In this document: piece by piece, positions 1-8,732 of the stretch | Layout: every line of letters begins with the position of its first letter | Numbering within the stretch: the stretch's first letter is position 1 | DNA from: a bacterium | Lineage (GTDB): Bacteria; UBA8248 | Assembly (NCBI GenBank): GCA_965213625.1 | Contig: CBDBZU010000004.1 | Coordinates: 1,216,001 to 1,280,000, forward strand | Direction: 5' to 3' | Length of the DNA stretch: 64,000 nt | The notes under the pieces: generated by a model | Told to the model about the DNA's origin: nothing | Seen by the model: the letters and a program-made list of their open reading frames with translations, nothing else | Databases searched by the model: none | Program-made: the position numbers and the translations under genes

Positions 1-1176
1 GGGCATGGCTTCGAGCGCGCCTTTTCGAGGCGGGTCGAGAACGACGACGCCGGGCTTCTCGCCGTCGAGTTTCGAGACGACCTCTTCTTTCGTGAGCTTG
101 TGAGCGCTCCGGCGCAGAAAGTCCGCGTTGCCGATCCGGTTTTTCTCTCGGTTGATCCCGGCGTCGGCCACGGCGTAGGGATTTTCTTCGACGCCCAGAA
201 CGCGTTTGGCTCTTAACGCCAGCGGAAAGGAGAAATTCCCCGCCCCGCAGTATAGATCCAGAACAAGAGCCTCATCGTTCAACCCGCAATTTTCGACCAC
301 GCTTTGCACGAGAACTTGGTTGAGCGCCCGGTTGGGCTGAATGAAGGACTCGGGCGAAACTTCCAAACATAAATTCGGATTCTTCGCGTCTGGTTGGTAT
401 CGCGCCTGCCACCGGGGTGGTTCGCCGGGCTTTCGTCTGCCGGCTGTGGCAAGCGGAAAGTCGTTTTCATCAGCGAAATTCTTCCAAACGCTCAGCGTCC
501 TGTGGTCGATTTTCCGGTTTCCACGATCCCGGTGTCCCGGCGGATGGAGAAAGAGGCCTACGGCTGCCTCGTCCTCTGCTTCCAGTGCGGTGATTTCCAC
601 GGCTTCGACTCTCCTCGTCCTGGGCTCCGCCTGGAGCAAATGCCTGATCTGCTGAAGAGCGCTGGAGATTGGTTGCTCCACCAGCAGGCAATCCTCCACG
701 CCGACCAGACGCCGCGCGCCCGTTGCGAAAAAGCCTATCTCCGAACCCCGCACCTGAAAACGCGCGCGCATGCGGTAGCGGCTCTCGTTGCCGGGAAGCG
801 TTACGGTTTGGGTAGGGACGCCAAGGTCTATCTTGCCGATGCGGCCGAGAGTATCGAGAAAAATCCGTTTCTTGGCCTTTATCTGGGCCGGAAGCGTGAT
901 GTGCTGCAGGGTGCATCCCCCGCAATCGCTCCAATGCGCGCACGGGGGAGTCATTCGTTCCGGCCCCGCCCGGATGATTTTCACGAGTTCGCCGAGTAGA
1001 TACTTTCCTTTCTCTTTGACGATACGGCAGCGAACAATATCTCCGGGAGCGGTTTTGGGAATGAATATGGCGCGACCATCGAGACGGGCGACGCCCGCGC
1101 CGCCCGTGGCGATGCTTTCCACGCGAGTTTCAAAGACAGCCTCGTTTTGTTGGAAAACAGTGGCATCCACGGCCAT
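1..1176 (-). CDS. rlmD: 23S rRNA (uracil-5)-methyltransferase RlmD/TrmA family, runs off window start
   Basis: Manual translation (absent from ORF track because no stop in window): MAVDATVFQQ..TRAM domain..PPCAHWSDCGGCTLQH (Fe-S motif)..SFIQPN..VLDLYCGAGNFSFPLA..VVLDPPRKG; GAGGA RBS before ATG at 1176. Confidence 0.9.
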   Translation of the reverse strand, partial: MAVDATVFQQNEAVFETRVESIATGGAGVARLDGRAIFIPKTAPGDIVRCRIVKEKGKYLLGELVKIIRAGPERMTPPCAHWSDCGGCTLQHITLPAQIKAKKRIFLDTLGRIGKIDLGVPTQTVTLPGNESRYRMRARFQVRGSEIGFFATGARRLVGVEDCLLVEQPISSALQQIRHLLQAEPRTRRVEAVEITALEAEDEAAVGLFLHPPGHRDRGNRKIDHRTLSVWKNFADENDFPLATAGRRKPGEPPRWQARYQPDAKNPNLCLEVSPESFIQPNRALNQVLVQSVVENCGLNDEALVLDLYCGAGNFSFPLALRAKRVLGVEENPYAVADAGINREKNRIGNADFLRRSAHKLTKEEVVSKLDGEKPGVVVLDPPRKGALEAMP

Positions 1177-1395
1177 CGGGTCCTCATAGCAAAGAATTAT
1201 CGAAAACAACACATCTTTAATACAAACAAATTACGAATAATATTGCAAGTCTTTTCTCGTTTTTACTTTTCGGAAGATTTCAGGCGATAATCCCTGCAAT
1301 TTCAGGTCAACAGAGATGTTTCAGGAATTAAATATTTGATTTAATAACCCGCCGACACACCAAACTCTTACATCGGCAAAAATGAGGGCAGAATC

Positions 1396-1986
1396 ATGGA
1401 AGTCACCGCAATTCGCCTCTTCTATGACAACATCCACGATTTCAAGACGACCGCTTTACACGTCGAGTCGGAGATAAAACGCTACGGCATAAGTAGTGAC
1501 AGCGATGACGCCGTGCCGGATACTGGAGGTCGCACGCACCATGACATGTGGGTGTCTATGAAGACGGTTTCCCACTTCAACCTCGGAACCGCCTTGGAGT
1601 TGATGCTAAAGTTGCTACTCTCCCTCAACAACAAACCCTTGCCGAATCACCACATCCTCACCAAACTACACGATGAAGTCCCAGATAAATACCAGAAGCA
1701 ACTTGAGTCTACTTATCAGGCAAGCAAGGGTGTTCTCCCGGACGGCTTCGAACTGATAGCGTTCTTCAATGCGGCGTCACCTACAACCGCGCCTACTCCC
1801 CCGCTAAACCGAGATATTTCGAGTCTCAGGGGGTTCTTCGAGTATTTCGACGAGGACGTAATACTGTGGCAGAAGCGTTATTCGTGGGAACTCGTCGAGA
1901 AGGGAAAGTGGCGTCATTACATCAGTGACATCTCGGTGTTCGTTGAACTCATCAACCGCGTAATGTGCGGTATCGAGAAGCGATAA
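1396..1986 (+). CDS. HEPN-like domain protein, stand-alone
   Basis: ALELMLKLLL..HHILTKLHD..F..WQKRYSWE pattern typical of HEPN-fold proteins; lower GC with AT-rich flanks. Confidence 0.55.
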   Translation: MEVTAIRLFYDNIHDFKTTALHVESEIKRYGISSDSDDAVPDTGGRTHHDMWVSMKTVSHFNLGTALELMLKLLLSLNNKPLPNHHILTKLHDEVPDKYQKQLESTYQASKGVLPDGFELIAFFNAASPTTAPTPPLNRDISSLRGFFEYFDEDVILWQKRYSWELVEKGKWRHYISDISVFVELINRVMCGIEKR

Positions 1987-2119
1987 CCTTCTTGGGCGCA
2001 GCCGAGAACAGATGTACCAACACGGCGCATCAATGGCCATTTTGTAGTCAAGTATATAAATTCTTTATCTTTCGGATGGCATCCAGTTTTATCGGGAGGT
2101 CCGGCTTCTTAAGGAGGAG

Positions 2120-2848
2120 ATGAAAATGGCAACTGTTCGGTATGAGAAGGAAAACGCTCTGGGTCGCGTCACGCTCGCTCGTGGAACCGAGGCGAATCGC
2201 CTGACGTTCGAGATGATGGAGGAACTCACACAAGCCCTGCTTCAGGCGGGTGAGGAGTGCGATGTCGTTCTACTGAGTGGAGAGGGCGCGGATTTTTGCG
2301 CCGGGAGAGAGAGCGTGCGCGGCGGCGCTGGGCTGCCGCCCGTGAACGCGATAAGAGAACGCTTCCGGGCAATCGTGAAGATGAACGACGCCCTGGAGTT
2401 CTCTCCCGCCGTGACGGTGGCGGCCTTGAGAGGCCGCGCCTACGGTCCGGGGGCGGGCCTCATCAGCCGGGCGGATATCGTTTTGGCTTCAGGCACCGCG
2501 CGGATCGCCTTTCCCGAGATCAAGGAGGGCTTTCCCCCCACGGTGGTCATCAGCCACCTGGCGAGAAAGCTGGACAGGCGCCACGGCTTCGAGATGGTTA
2601 TCACGGGCCGGGAGATAGACGCCGAAGAGGGCAGGCGCATCGGCATGGTGAATCATGTGGTTGCGGATGCGGTCTTGGATGAGCAAGCCGAGCGCTTGTG
2701 CGTGGAACTGGCCGCTCTTGGCGGCGATTCACTTAAGCCCACAAAGAGTTTCTACCGATTCGCCGAGACGGCCAGACCCGAGGCGAACGCGGATCACGCG
2801 GTGAACCTCATCGCCAACGCGATACACTCAAAAGGAAACGTCGGATAG
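2120..2848 (+). CDS. enoyl-CoA hydratase/isomerase family protein
   Basis: GEGADFCAG, FPEIKEG, ITGREIDAEEG..IGMVN motifs; AAGGAGG RBS. Confidence 0.9.
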   Translation: MKMATVRYEKENALGRVTLARGTEANRLTFEMMEELTQALLQAGEECDVVLLSGEGADFCAGRESVRGGAGLPPVNAIRERFRAIVKMNDALEFSPAVTVAALRGRAYGPGAGLISRADIVLASGTARIAFPEIKEGFPPTVVISHLARKLDRRHGFEMVITGREIDAEEGRRIGMVNHVVADAVLDEQAERLCVELAALGGDSLKPTKSFYRFAETARPEANADHAVNLIANAIHSKGNVG

Positions 2849-2968
2849 CCCAACAGCCTTTGACGAATTACTTGCGCGGGCCTAATCTCGACGGACGAAT
2901 CATTATTGGTGAGGAACGGGGCGCGAGCGATCGGGCTTGTTTCATCGTTTTTTAAGGAGAACGGATTG

Positions 2969-4633
2969 ATGGCGACCATGACGGCTGGACACGCGGTGGC
3001 GGATGCGTTGGCGAAACTGGGGGTGAGGCATGTGATCGGCATGGCGGGTTCGTGCATGATCGAGATTTTGGACGGCATGTATGGCCGAGACGACATTTCT
3101 TTCCTCACGGTGCGCCACGAGCAAAGCGCTGCCCTCATGGCCGACGCCTACGCCCGGCTCACGGGAGAGGTGGGCGTGTGCATGGCGACCAACGGCCCCG
3201 GAGCCACGAACCTCGTCACCGGCGTGGCGCACTCGATGATGGCGCAAAGCCCGGTGCTGGTCATCACCGGTGCTCCCATGATGAAGGATACTTTCCGCGA
3301 ATCCACCCAGGAACTCGACCAGATCGCCATGTTCGCCCCCATGGTGAAGTGGTCGGTTCAGGTGAGAAAACCCGAGCGCGCGTTCGACGTCATCAACGAG
3401 GCCTACCATGTGGCGACCTCGGGCGTGCCCGGTCCCGTGCACGTCGACCTGCCGCGCGACGTTCTGAACGAGATGGCGGAGTATTCAAACAACGGCGCAC
3501 CGGCGCATCAGGTGCGGGCGCGGCTTGCTCCCGACCCCGAAGCGGTGGCGCGGGCGGCGGCGCTGCTTAAATCAGCCGAGCGCCCCTTGCTCATCGGCGG
3601 CGGCGGAGTGCTCTGGGACGAGGCGAGCGACGATCTGATAGCGCTTGCCGAAGCGCTCGATGCGCCCATCATGACCTCCACGGGCAGGGACGACTTGGTT
3701 CCGAACGGGCATCCCCTGTTTCTGGGTTCCATCGGGCGGGGAACGCTCCCCGAGGCGCACGCGCTTTTTGAGAAGGCGGACGTCGTGTTCGCCGTCGGCA
3801 CGAGGCTCGCGCACTCGACCACGTTCTTGCGGCCCGGTTTCTTCGGGAGCGCCAAGCTAATCCACGCAGCCGTGGACCCGCACAACATCGGCCGTAACTT
3901 CGCCACCGAGGTGGGCATGAACGCGGAAGCGGGACTTGCGCTCCAGGCCGTGCTCGGCGGGCTGGGTGAAGGGGTCGCGCGTCCCGCGTGGCGGTCGGCG
4001 GCCGCGGCGGTGCGCGACGCGCAGGAAAAACACCGCGAACGGGCTCTCGAGTACGGCGGAAAGCCCATCGACCCCAGGCGCGCGCAGATGGCCCTCGCCA
4101 GGGTACTGCCCGAGAACACCATCATCACGAACGACGCGGGCAGCGCCGCGGGCTATGTGTATGAATATCAACGCTTCGATCAAGCCAGGAGTTTCGTTGC
4201 TCCGCAGGACTTGGCGGCCATCGGCATCGGCTATCCCCTGGGACTGGGAGCCAAGCTGGCGCGTCCGCACCAGAAGGTCGTCACCATCAGCGGCGACGGC
4301 GCGTTCCTGTGCAACGGCGCCGAACTCGAGACCGCGATGCGCGAGAACCTGCCGACGGTCTGCGTCATCCTGAACAATTTCAACCTAGGCTCCGAGCGCG
4401 CCTATCAGAAGCATTTTTATGAGGGGCGCTATATCGCCGACGCCATCGGCAACCCGAGGTTCGACGAATACGCGCGCGTCTTCGGCGCGGCGGGCTACCG
4501 GGTGGAGGATCCCGAAGATCTGGAAGACGTCTATGCCCAGGCCCTCAAAGAGGAAGGCCCCGCCGTGGTGGACGTGATCATCGATCAGGACGTCTTCCCC
4601 GAACCCAGGCGCAAGGACGCCGTGAAGAATTAG
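2969..4633 (+). CDS. ThDP-dependent enzyme (acetolactate synthase / sulfoacetaldehyde acetyltransferase-like)
   Basis: VRHEQSAALMADAYAR, NGPGATN, SGDGAF..NN motifs; start at ATG after AAGGAG. Confidence 0.88.
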   Translation: MATMTAGHAVADALAKLGVRHVIGMAGSCMIEILDGMYGRDDISFLTVRHEQSAALMADAYARLTGEVGVCMATNGPGATNLVTGVAHSMMAQSPVLVITGAPMMKDTFRESTQELDQIAMFAPMVKWSVQVRKPERAFDVINEAYHVATSGVPGPVHVDLPRDVLNEMAEYSNNGAPAHQVRARLAPDPEAVARAAALLKSAERPLLIGGGGVLWDEASDDLIALAEALDAPIMTSTGRDDLVPNGHPLFLGSIGRGTLPEAHALFEKADVVFAVGTRLAHSTTFLRPGFFGSAKLIHAAVDPHNIGRNFATEVGMNAEAGLALQAVLGGLGEGVARPAWRSAAAAVRDAQEKHRERALEYGGKPIDPRRAQMALARVLPENTIITNDAGSAAGYVYEYQRFDQARSFVAPQDLAAIGIGYPLGLGAKLARPHQKVVTISGDGAFLCNGAELETAMRENLPTVCVILNNFNLGSERAYQKHFYEGRYIADAIGNPRFDEYARVFGAAGYRVEDPEDLEDVYAQALKEEGPAVVDVIIDQDVFPEPRRKDAVKN

Positions 4634-4826
4634 GGGTCAGTTCCGACTGATGAAGGAGGGACTGCTTTAGACGAGACCGATGAGGGAGCGTCCAATGCGC
4701 CCGAGCCCGGCGCCGGCTTTTTCAACAACCCCCGTAGGGACAAGTCGCGACCTGTCCCCGAGCCTCCTTGAGAATTTCCCGTTCGAGGCATTTTTACCGT
4801 TGGGGCGGTTCGCGAACCGTCCCTAC
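4634..4826. repeat. REP cluster with a solo IS1182-like end
   Basis: TTTTTCAACAACCCC (~4718-4732), GTAGGGACAAGTCGCGACCTGTCCC (4734-4758), GGGCGGTTCGCGAACCGTCCCTAC (4803-4826). Confidence 0.75.
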
Positions 4827-4860
4827 CGTTTCTTTGCTTCCGCGCACCGCATCATGATGT

Positions 4861-6174
4861 CTACGCCCTATGTTCCAGCAAACGCATCCGTCCACGAAAA
4901 CCTTCCGTAACGCTCACGAATAGCGATTCGGGAAAATCAGGCGGCAGATCGTTCTCCACGCTTGAGATCGCCGCTTCTCCTCGTTCGAGAAGCTCTTTGA
5001 AAATCTCCCGTACGACGCTTTCTCCCATGTTGCAGGCCGCAGCCGTTTGCAGAAAATGGCGTGGGACAATTTCACTTACGACGTAATGGCGGTTCTTGCC
5101 GACCGCCATTGCCATCTTCATATCGCGTTGCCGGAGTTGGTGAGCATCCAAGTTCGGTTGAATAGACATCACGTCATAAAAGGGTGTCAATGAAAAACCG
5201 CCGCGGGGATGAAGGAAGAGGCTGAAGTTCTTGGCGTGTCCGTCGGTAGCGGCGAGAAGCCAGAAGACGACGGCAGCCTTCAAGATCATCTTGCGCTCGC
5301 GCGTTGGTTCGTCGCTGCTCATGAACAAATCGAGAAGTTCGGTAAGCCCTGGTCCGCCTTCGCTCTCGTATTTTTTCGCCGAGGGCACCGAAAGCGCTTG
5401 GCAGCAGTCTTCCTGCGGAAGGCGAAGGAGGCGTCCGTCCCTCGCCCAGAGTCGGTCGAAACGCTCCACGACCAGCGTTATCTTCTCACCGAACGTCTCC
5501 ATACGAGTATTGGCCGCAGGCAGGCCGAGGGTGGAGATGAGCCGCATGCAAAGATGCTCGTTCTCGACGGAAAGAGAGAGGTCTATACCGTTGCCGAGCC
5601 GCCCGATTTGCGGTTTGAGGATGTGGGTCGTCGCAGTTGTGCCTTGTGGGAGGTGCCACTTGTTTTTCCAGTACAGGAGGGCGGTCTTTTCCTGCGCGCC
5701 GGCGAGTGAAATGCGGAACGCTTCATGTGCGCCGACGCCGAGCGGATTGTTCGCCAGATTGCCAAGAATTTCTTCAATCTCATCATCACTAATGGCGTGT
5801 CCCTGCACCGAGCTTACTGTTCCGGGGTCTTCTCCTTCCGGAAGGAACTGCATGGCGCCGACGCAGTCACGGCCGACTGCGCTTAACAGATTGAAGGTAT
5901 CCGACCCATTCGCTTGGGTCCGCGCAGCCAACTTGTCACGGATGTCGAGAATGTCCGGGAGCAGATTGTCGAACACGGCTTCGACCAGCGGGCCAATATA
6001 GCGGTCTTCACGCAGCGGCAAGGAGCGTGAAACCGGAAAACTGTGATTCCATGCGAGCCAACTCTCATCGTAGCGGAAATCAATGGCCCCGCTCGCCGCC
6101 TTGCGCAACTGACCGACGAGGCGGCTGTTCAGATAGACGGCCAGTGGAGTATGAGTGCGCTTTCTTGCTGTCAG
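4861..6174 (-). CDS. hipA: type II TA toxin HipA (Ser/Thr kinase)
   Basis: ISLAGAQEKTAL, HILKP, ERFDR, QEDCCQAL, DGHAKNFS, LTPFYDV; HipA-type N-terminus continues to CTG at 6174 (first canonical start is TTG 6108). Confidence 0.92.
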   Translation of the reverse strand: MTARKRTHTPLAVYLNSRLVGQLRKAASGAIDFRYDESWLAWNHSFPVSRSLPLREDRYIGPLVEAVFDNLLPDILDIRDKLAARTQANGSDTFNLLSAVGRDCVGAMQFLPEGEDPGTVSSVQGHAISDDEIEEILGNLANNPLGVGAHEAFRISLAGAQEKTALLYWKNKWHLPQGTTATTHILKPQIGRLGNGIDLSLSVENEHLCMRLISTLGLPAANTRMETFGEKITLVVERFDRLWARDGRLLRLPQEDCCQALSVPSAKKYESEGGPGLTELLDLFMSSDEPTRERKMILKAAVVFWLLAATDGHAKNFSLFLHPRGGFSLTPFYDVMSIQPNLDAHQLRQRDMKMAMAVGKNRHYVVSEIVPRHFLQTAAACNMGESVVREIFKELLERGEAAISSVENDLPPDFPESLFVSVTEGFRGRMRLLEHRA

Positions 6175-6425
6175 AACAGCACCTCGATCTCATCACCTGT
6201 GCTTCGGCTTCGCGGACGTACGACCAGTTCCAGATCCAAAGCGGCAAGAGACGCCATCAGGGTATGAAGTCGGCTTGCCGACGAGCCGCCCTCCAGGTTG
6301 GAGATGGTGGCTTGGCGCATGTGGATTTTTTCACCGAGTCCTGCCTGCGTGAAGCCGCGCTGTTTGCGGACCCGGCGTAGGACGGCTCCTAACTGTTTTT
6401 CTGATCGGGTAACATGCTCACTCAT
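6171..6425 (-). CDS. hipB: HipB-like XRE HTH antitoxin
   Basis: QLGAVLRRVRKQRGFTQAGLG..RQATISNLE HTH; stop overlaps hipA start. Confidence 0.88.
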   Translation of the reverse strand: MSEHVTRSEKQLGAVLRRVRKQRGFTQAGLGEKIHMRQATISNLEGGSSASRLHTLMASLAALDLELVVRPRSRSTGDEIEVLF

Positions 6426-6449
6426 CTTCAATCCCTCCTCAAGTGTCAA

Positions 6450-6548
6450 TATACGTTAAGGCGTATAAGGTGTCAATATACGCTCATTCGTATATTTTAT
6501 TTTTATACGGTGGGGAGTATATTAAAAAATTATACGATATAACGTATA
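6450..6548. promoter_or_regulatory. four tandem palindromic operators TATACG-N6-CGTATA (putative HipB sites)
   Basis: Copies start at 6450, 6477, 6504 (one mismatch) and 6531: exact 27-bp period, directly upstream of hipB. Confidence 0.85.
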
Positions 6549-6585
6549 ATTTTTCTTAGTTACGGTCAATTTCGAGAAGAAGAGT

Positions 6586-7779
6586 CTACCCTCTCCCCCG
6601 AAACACCCACGCGCTGGCTGCGTAGAACCCACCGCCCAGGATAGCTGCGCCCAGAACGAACCAGCTGAGCGCCTCGAACCCGCCCCACTGAATGGCGAAC
6701 CCGCCCAGGGAGGCTCCCAGGAAGAGGCCGACCTGGTTGCTCGTCGAATAGAAGCCGATGATGGCGCCGCGCGCCTGCGGGGCGATCGATATCAGGTCGT
6801 CCATGACGGCGGGTCTGCTGAGATGGCTGAAGAATGAGAAGAGAAAGCCCGCCGCAATCGTGAACGTAAGAAAGCCCAGCCCCGAGAAGTGAAACGCCAG
6901 AAGCTCTCCCTGGAGCAGAACCAGGGCGGTGATGATGAGAAAGCGACGCCTCACCCCCGCGAGCGTGCCGCCCAGGAGTCCGCCGATGAGCGCGCCCAGG
7001 GACATCGCCGTTATCAGGCTCCCTACGGTGGAGAGGGAAATTTCGAAGGTGCGCATCAGGAAAACGGCGACATATGTCAGGAAGGCGGACGTCATGAGCC
7101 GCTCGGTGACGTTGCCGCTCATCAGCAGCCACGAGGCGCCCTGGCGCATCCAGGTGAAGCTCGCCAGATAGGAAGCGGGCGCGTCGGTCTGCCTTCCGGA
7201 GGGCAGCGAGCGGAACGTGTAGAGGGAAAGCGCGAGGCCGAGCGTGCCCGAAATCCAAAGGGCGTTTCGCCAGCCTAGGTAATCCGTCAGAAAGGCCACG
7301 CTCGGGACCCCGACGAGCAGACCCATGGCCACGCCCGCGGTTGCGAACCCGATGGCGAGGCCCCGCGCGCGGCCCGTGAAGTTGTCCCCGATAGCCGCCA
7401 CCGCCGTGGGCGGAACGAGCGCGCCGCTCAGCCCCGCGATGGAGCGCCAGATCGCCACCGCGAGATACCCGTCCGCGAACGAGGTGGCGATGCTGGAGAG
7501 CGAGAGACCCGTCATCCCGACGAGAATGACGTACTTTCTGCCGTAGCGATCCGATATGGGCGCCAGCAGGGGCGCGCCTATTCCCCAGGGAATGAAGGTA
7601 ATGGCCGCCAACTGGCCCATGGCCGAGAGGGAGAGGCCCAGGTCGCGGCCCATGACGTCTAGCATGGGTCCCAGGATGAAGGCCGTGGTGTAGGCGGTGA
7701 ATATGGTGAGAAAACACGCGAGGATAATCGGCCGGCCTTGCCTGATGCCGGCATTATCCTTGCTTGTCGTGAAATCCAT
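6586..7779 (-). CDS. MFS transporter
   Basis: About 12 hydrophobic segments, ISDRYGRK motif A; start uncertain (7779 or 7824). Confidence 0.88.
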   Translation of the reverse strand: MDFTTSKDNAGIRQGRPIILACFLTIFTAYTTAFILGPMLDVMGRDLGLSLSAMGQLAAITFIPWGIGAPLLAPISDRYGRKYVILVGMTGLSLSSIATSFADGYLAVAIWRSIAGLSGALVPPTAVAAIGDNFTGRARGLAIGFATAGVAMGLLVGVPSVAFLTDYLGWRNALWISGTLGLALSLYTFRSLPSGRQTDAPASYLASFTWMRQGASWLLMSGNVTERLMTSAFLTYVAVFLMRTFEISLSTVGSLITAMSLGALIGGLLGGTLAGVRRRFLIITALVLLQGELLAFHFSGLGFLTFTIAAGFLFSFFSHLSRPAVMDDLISIAPQARGAIIGFYSTSNQVGLFLGASLGGFAIQWGGFEALSWFVLGAAILGGGFYAASAWVFRGRG

Positions 7780-7888
7780 GCGCGCTCCTGGGCTCGGGAT
7801 GGCCGATTCAGGCTTATCCTTCATACCGGGCCATCCCGCAAGCCCGGAGGCAGACTTGCGATTCTTCCCGTTCAGCCTCGGTCCCTGC

Positions 7889-8671
7889 TCAGCAGTTCTT
7901 CCAGACGGGTTTTCTTTTTTCCATGAACGCGTTCTTTCCTTCACGGTAGTCTTCGGTCTGGTAGAAGCGGTTCATGATGGGCCGACACAGGCGATAGCCC
8001 TCGTACATCGACACGTTCGCGGCCACGGCGATCTCCTCCTTGGTGTGCTGCACCGTCATGGGCGAGCACTCGATGATCTGCTCGGCCATGGCCGTCGCGG
8101 TCTCCAGGAGTTCCCCGTTCTTGGCGATCTTCACCACGAGGCCCAGGCGGTAGGCTTCCTCGGCGTCGATGAGTTCGCCCGAGAACATGTACCATCTTGC
8201 GAGGCCGGGAATCGCCGCGGGAAGGCGCATGGCCCCGCCGATGCTGATGATGCCGATCTTGGGCTGTGAATAGCCGACCTTGGCGTCTTCCGAAACCACG
8301 CGGACGTCCGCTCCGAGGAACAGGCTCATTCCCCCGCCGATGGCGTAGCCCTGCGCCGCGCAGATGACGGGCTTCTTGATCCAGTCCAGGTCGCAGTAGA
8401 GGATCCCTTTGGGGCGGACGGCGCCCATCTTGAGTTCGTCTTCTTCCAGGTTCTGATCCCACCCGGAGCAAAACGATTTCCCCTCGCCCGCGAGAATCGC
8501 CACCCACACCTCCTTGTCGTCGTTCACGTCTTCCCAGCACTGGAGGAGTTCCATCACCGTGGCGAAGCTCAAGGGGTTGAGCTTGTCGGGCCGGTTCAGG
8601 GTGACGTAGGCGATCTTGTTTTCCTTGCGGTATTTCACGGTTTTGAGTCCGAACTCTTGCGTCAGGTCCAT
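7889..8671 (-). CDS. enoyl-CoA hydratase/isomerase family protein
   Basis: TLNRPDKLN, GEGKSFCSGWD, KPVICAAQGYAIGGG, EGKNAFMEKRKPVW. Confidence 0.92.
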   Translation of the reverse strand: MDLTQEFGLKTVKYRKENKIAYVTLNRPDKLNPLSFATVMELLQCWEDVNDDKEVWVAILAGEGKSFCSGWDQNLEEDELKMGAVRPKGILYCDLDWIKKPVICAAQGYAIGGGMSLFLGADVRVVSEDAKVGYSQPKIGIISIGGAMRLPAAIPGLARWYMFSGELIDAEEAYRLGLVVKIAKNGELLETATAMAEQIIECSPMTVQHTKEEIAVAANVSMYEGYRLCRPIMNRFYQTEDYREGKNAFMEKRKPVWKNC

Positions 8672-8732
8672 TGGCGTCTCTCCTTTTGAAAGATGGTCGC
8701 TCCGATGAATCGACGATGAAAGAGGCCGGCTT

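Noticed and set aside
4634-4690. Hammerhead ribozyme (CTGATGA core; also at ~34455)
   Set aside because: No stem II-GAAA arrangement; the motif is a variant of the REP-associated GGGGTCAATTCCGACCGAGGAGGGAGG seen at ~46751
6450-6548. Mini CRISPR array
   Set aside because: 27-bp period with 6-9 bp variable parts is far too short, no cas genes are present, and position fits hipB operators
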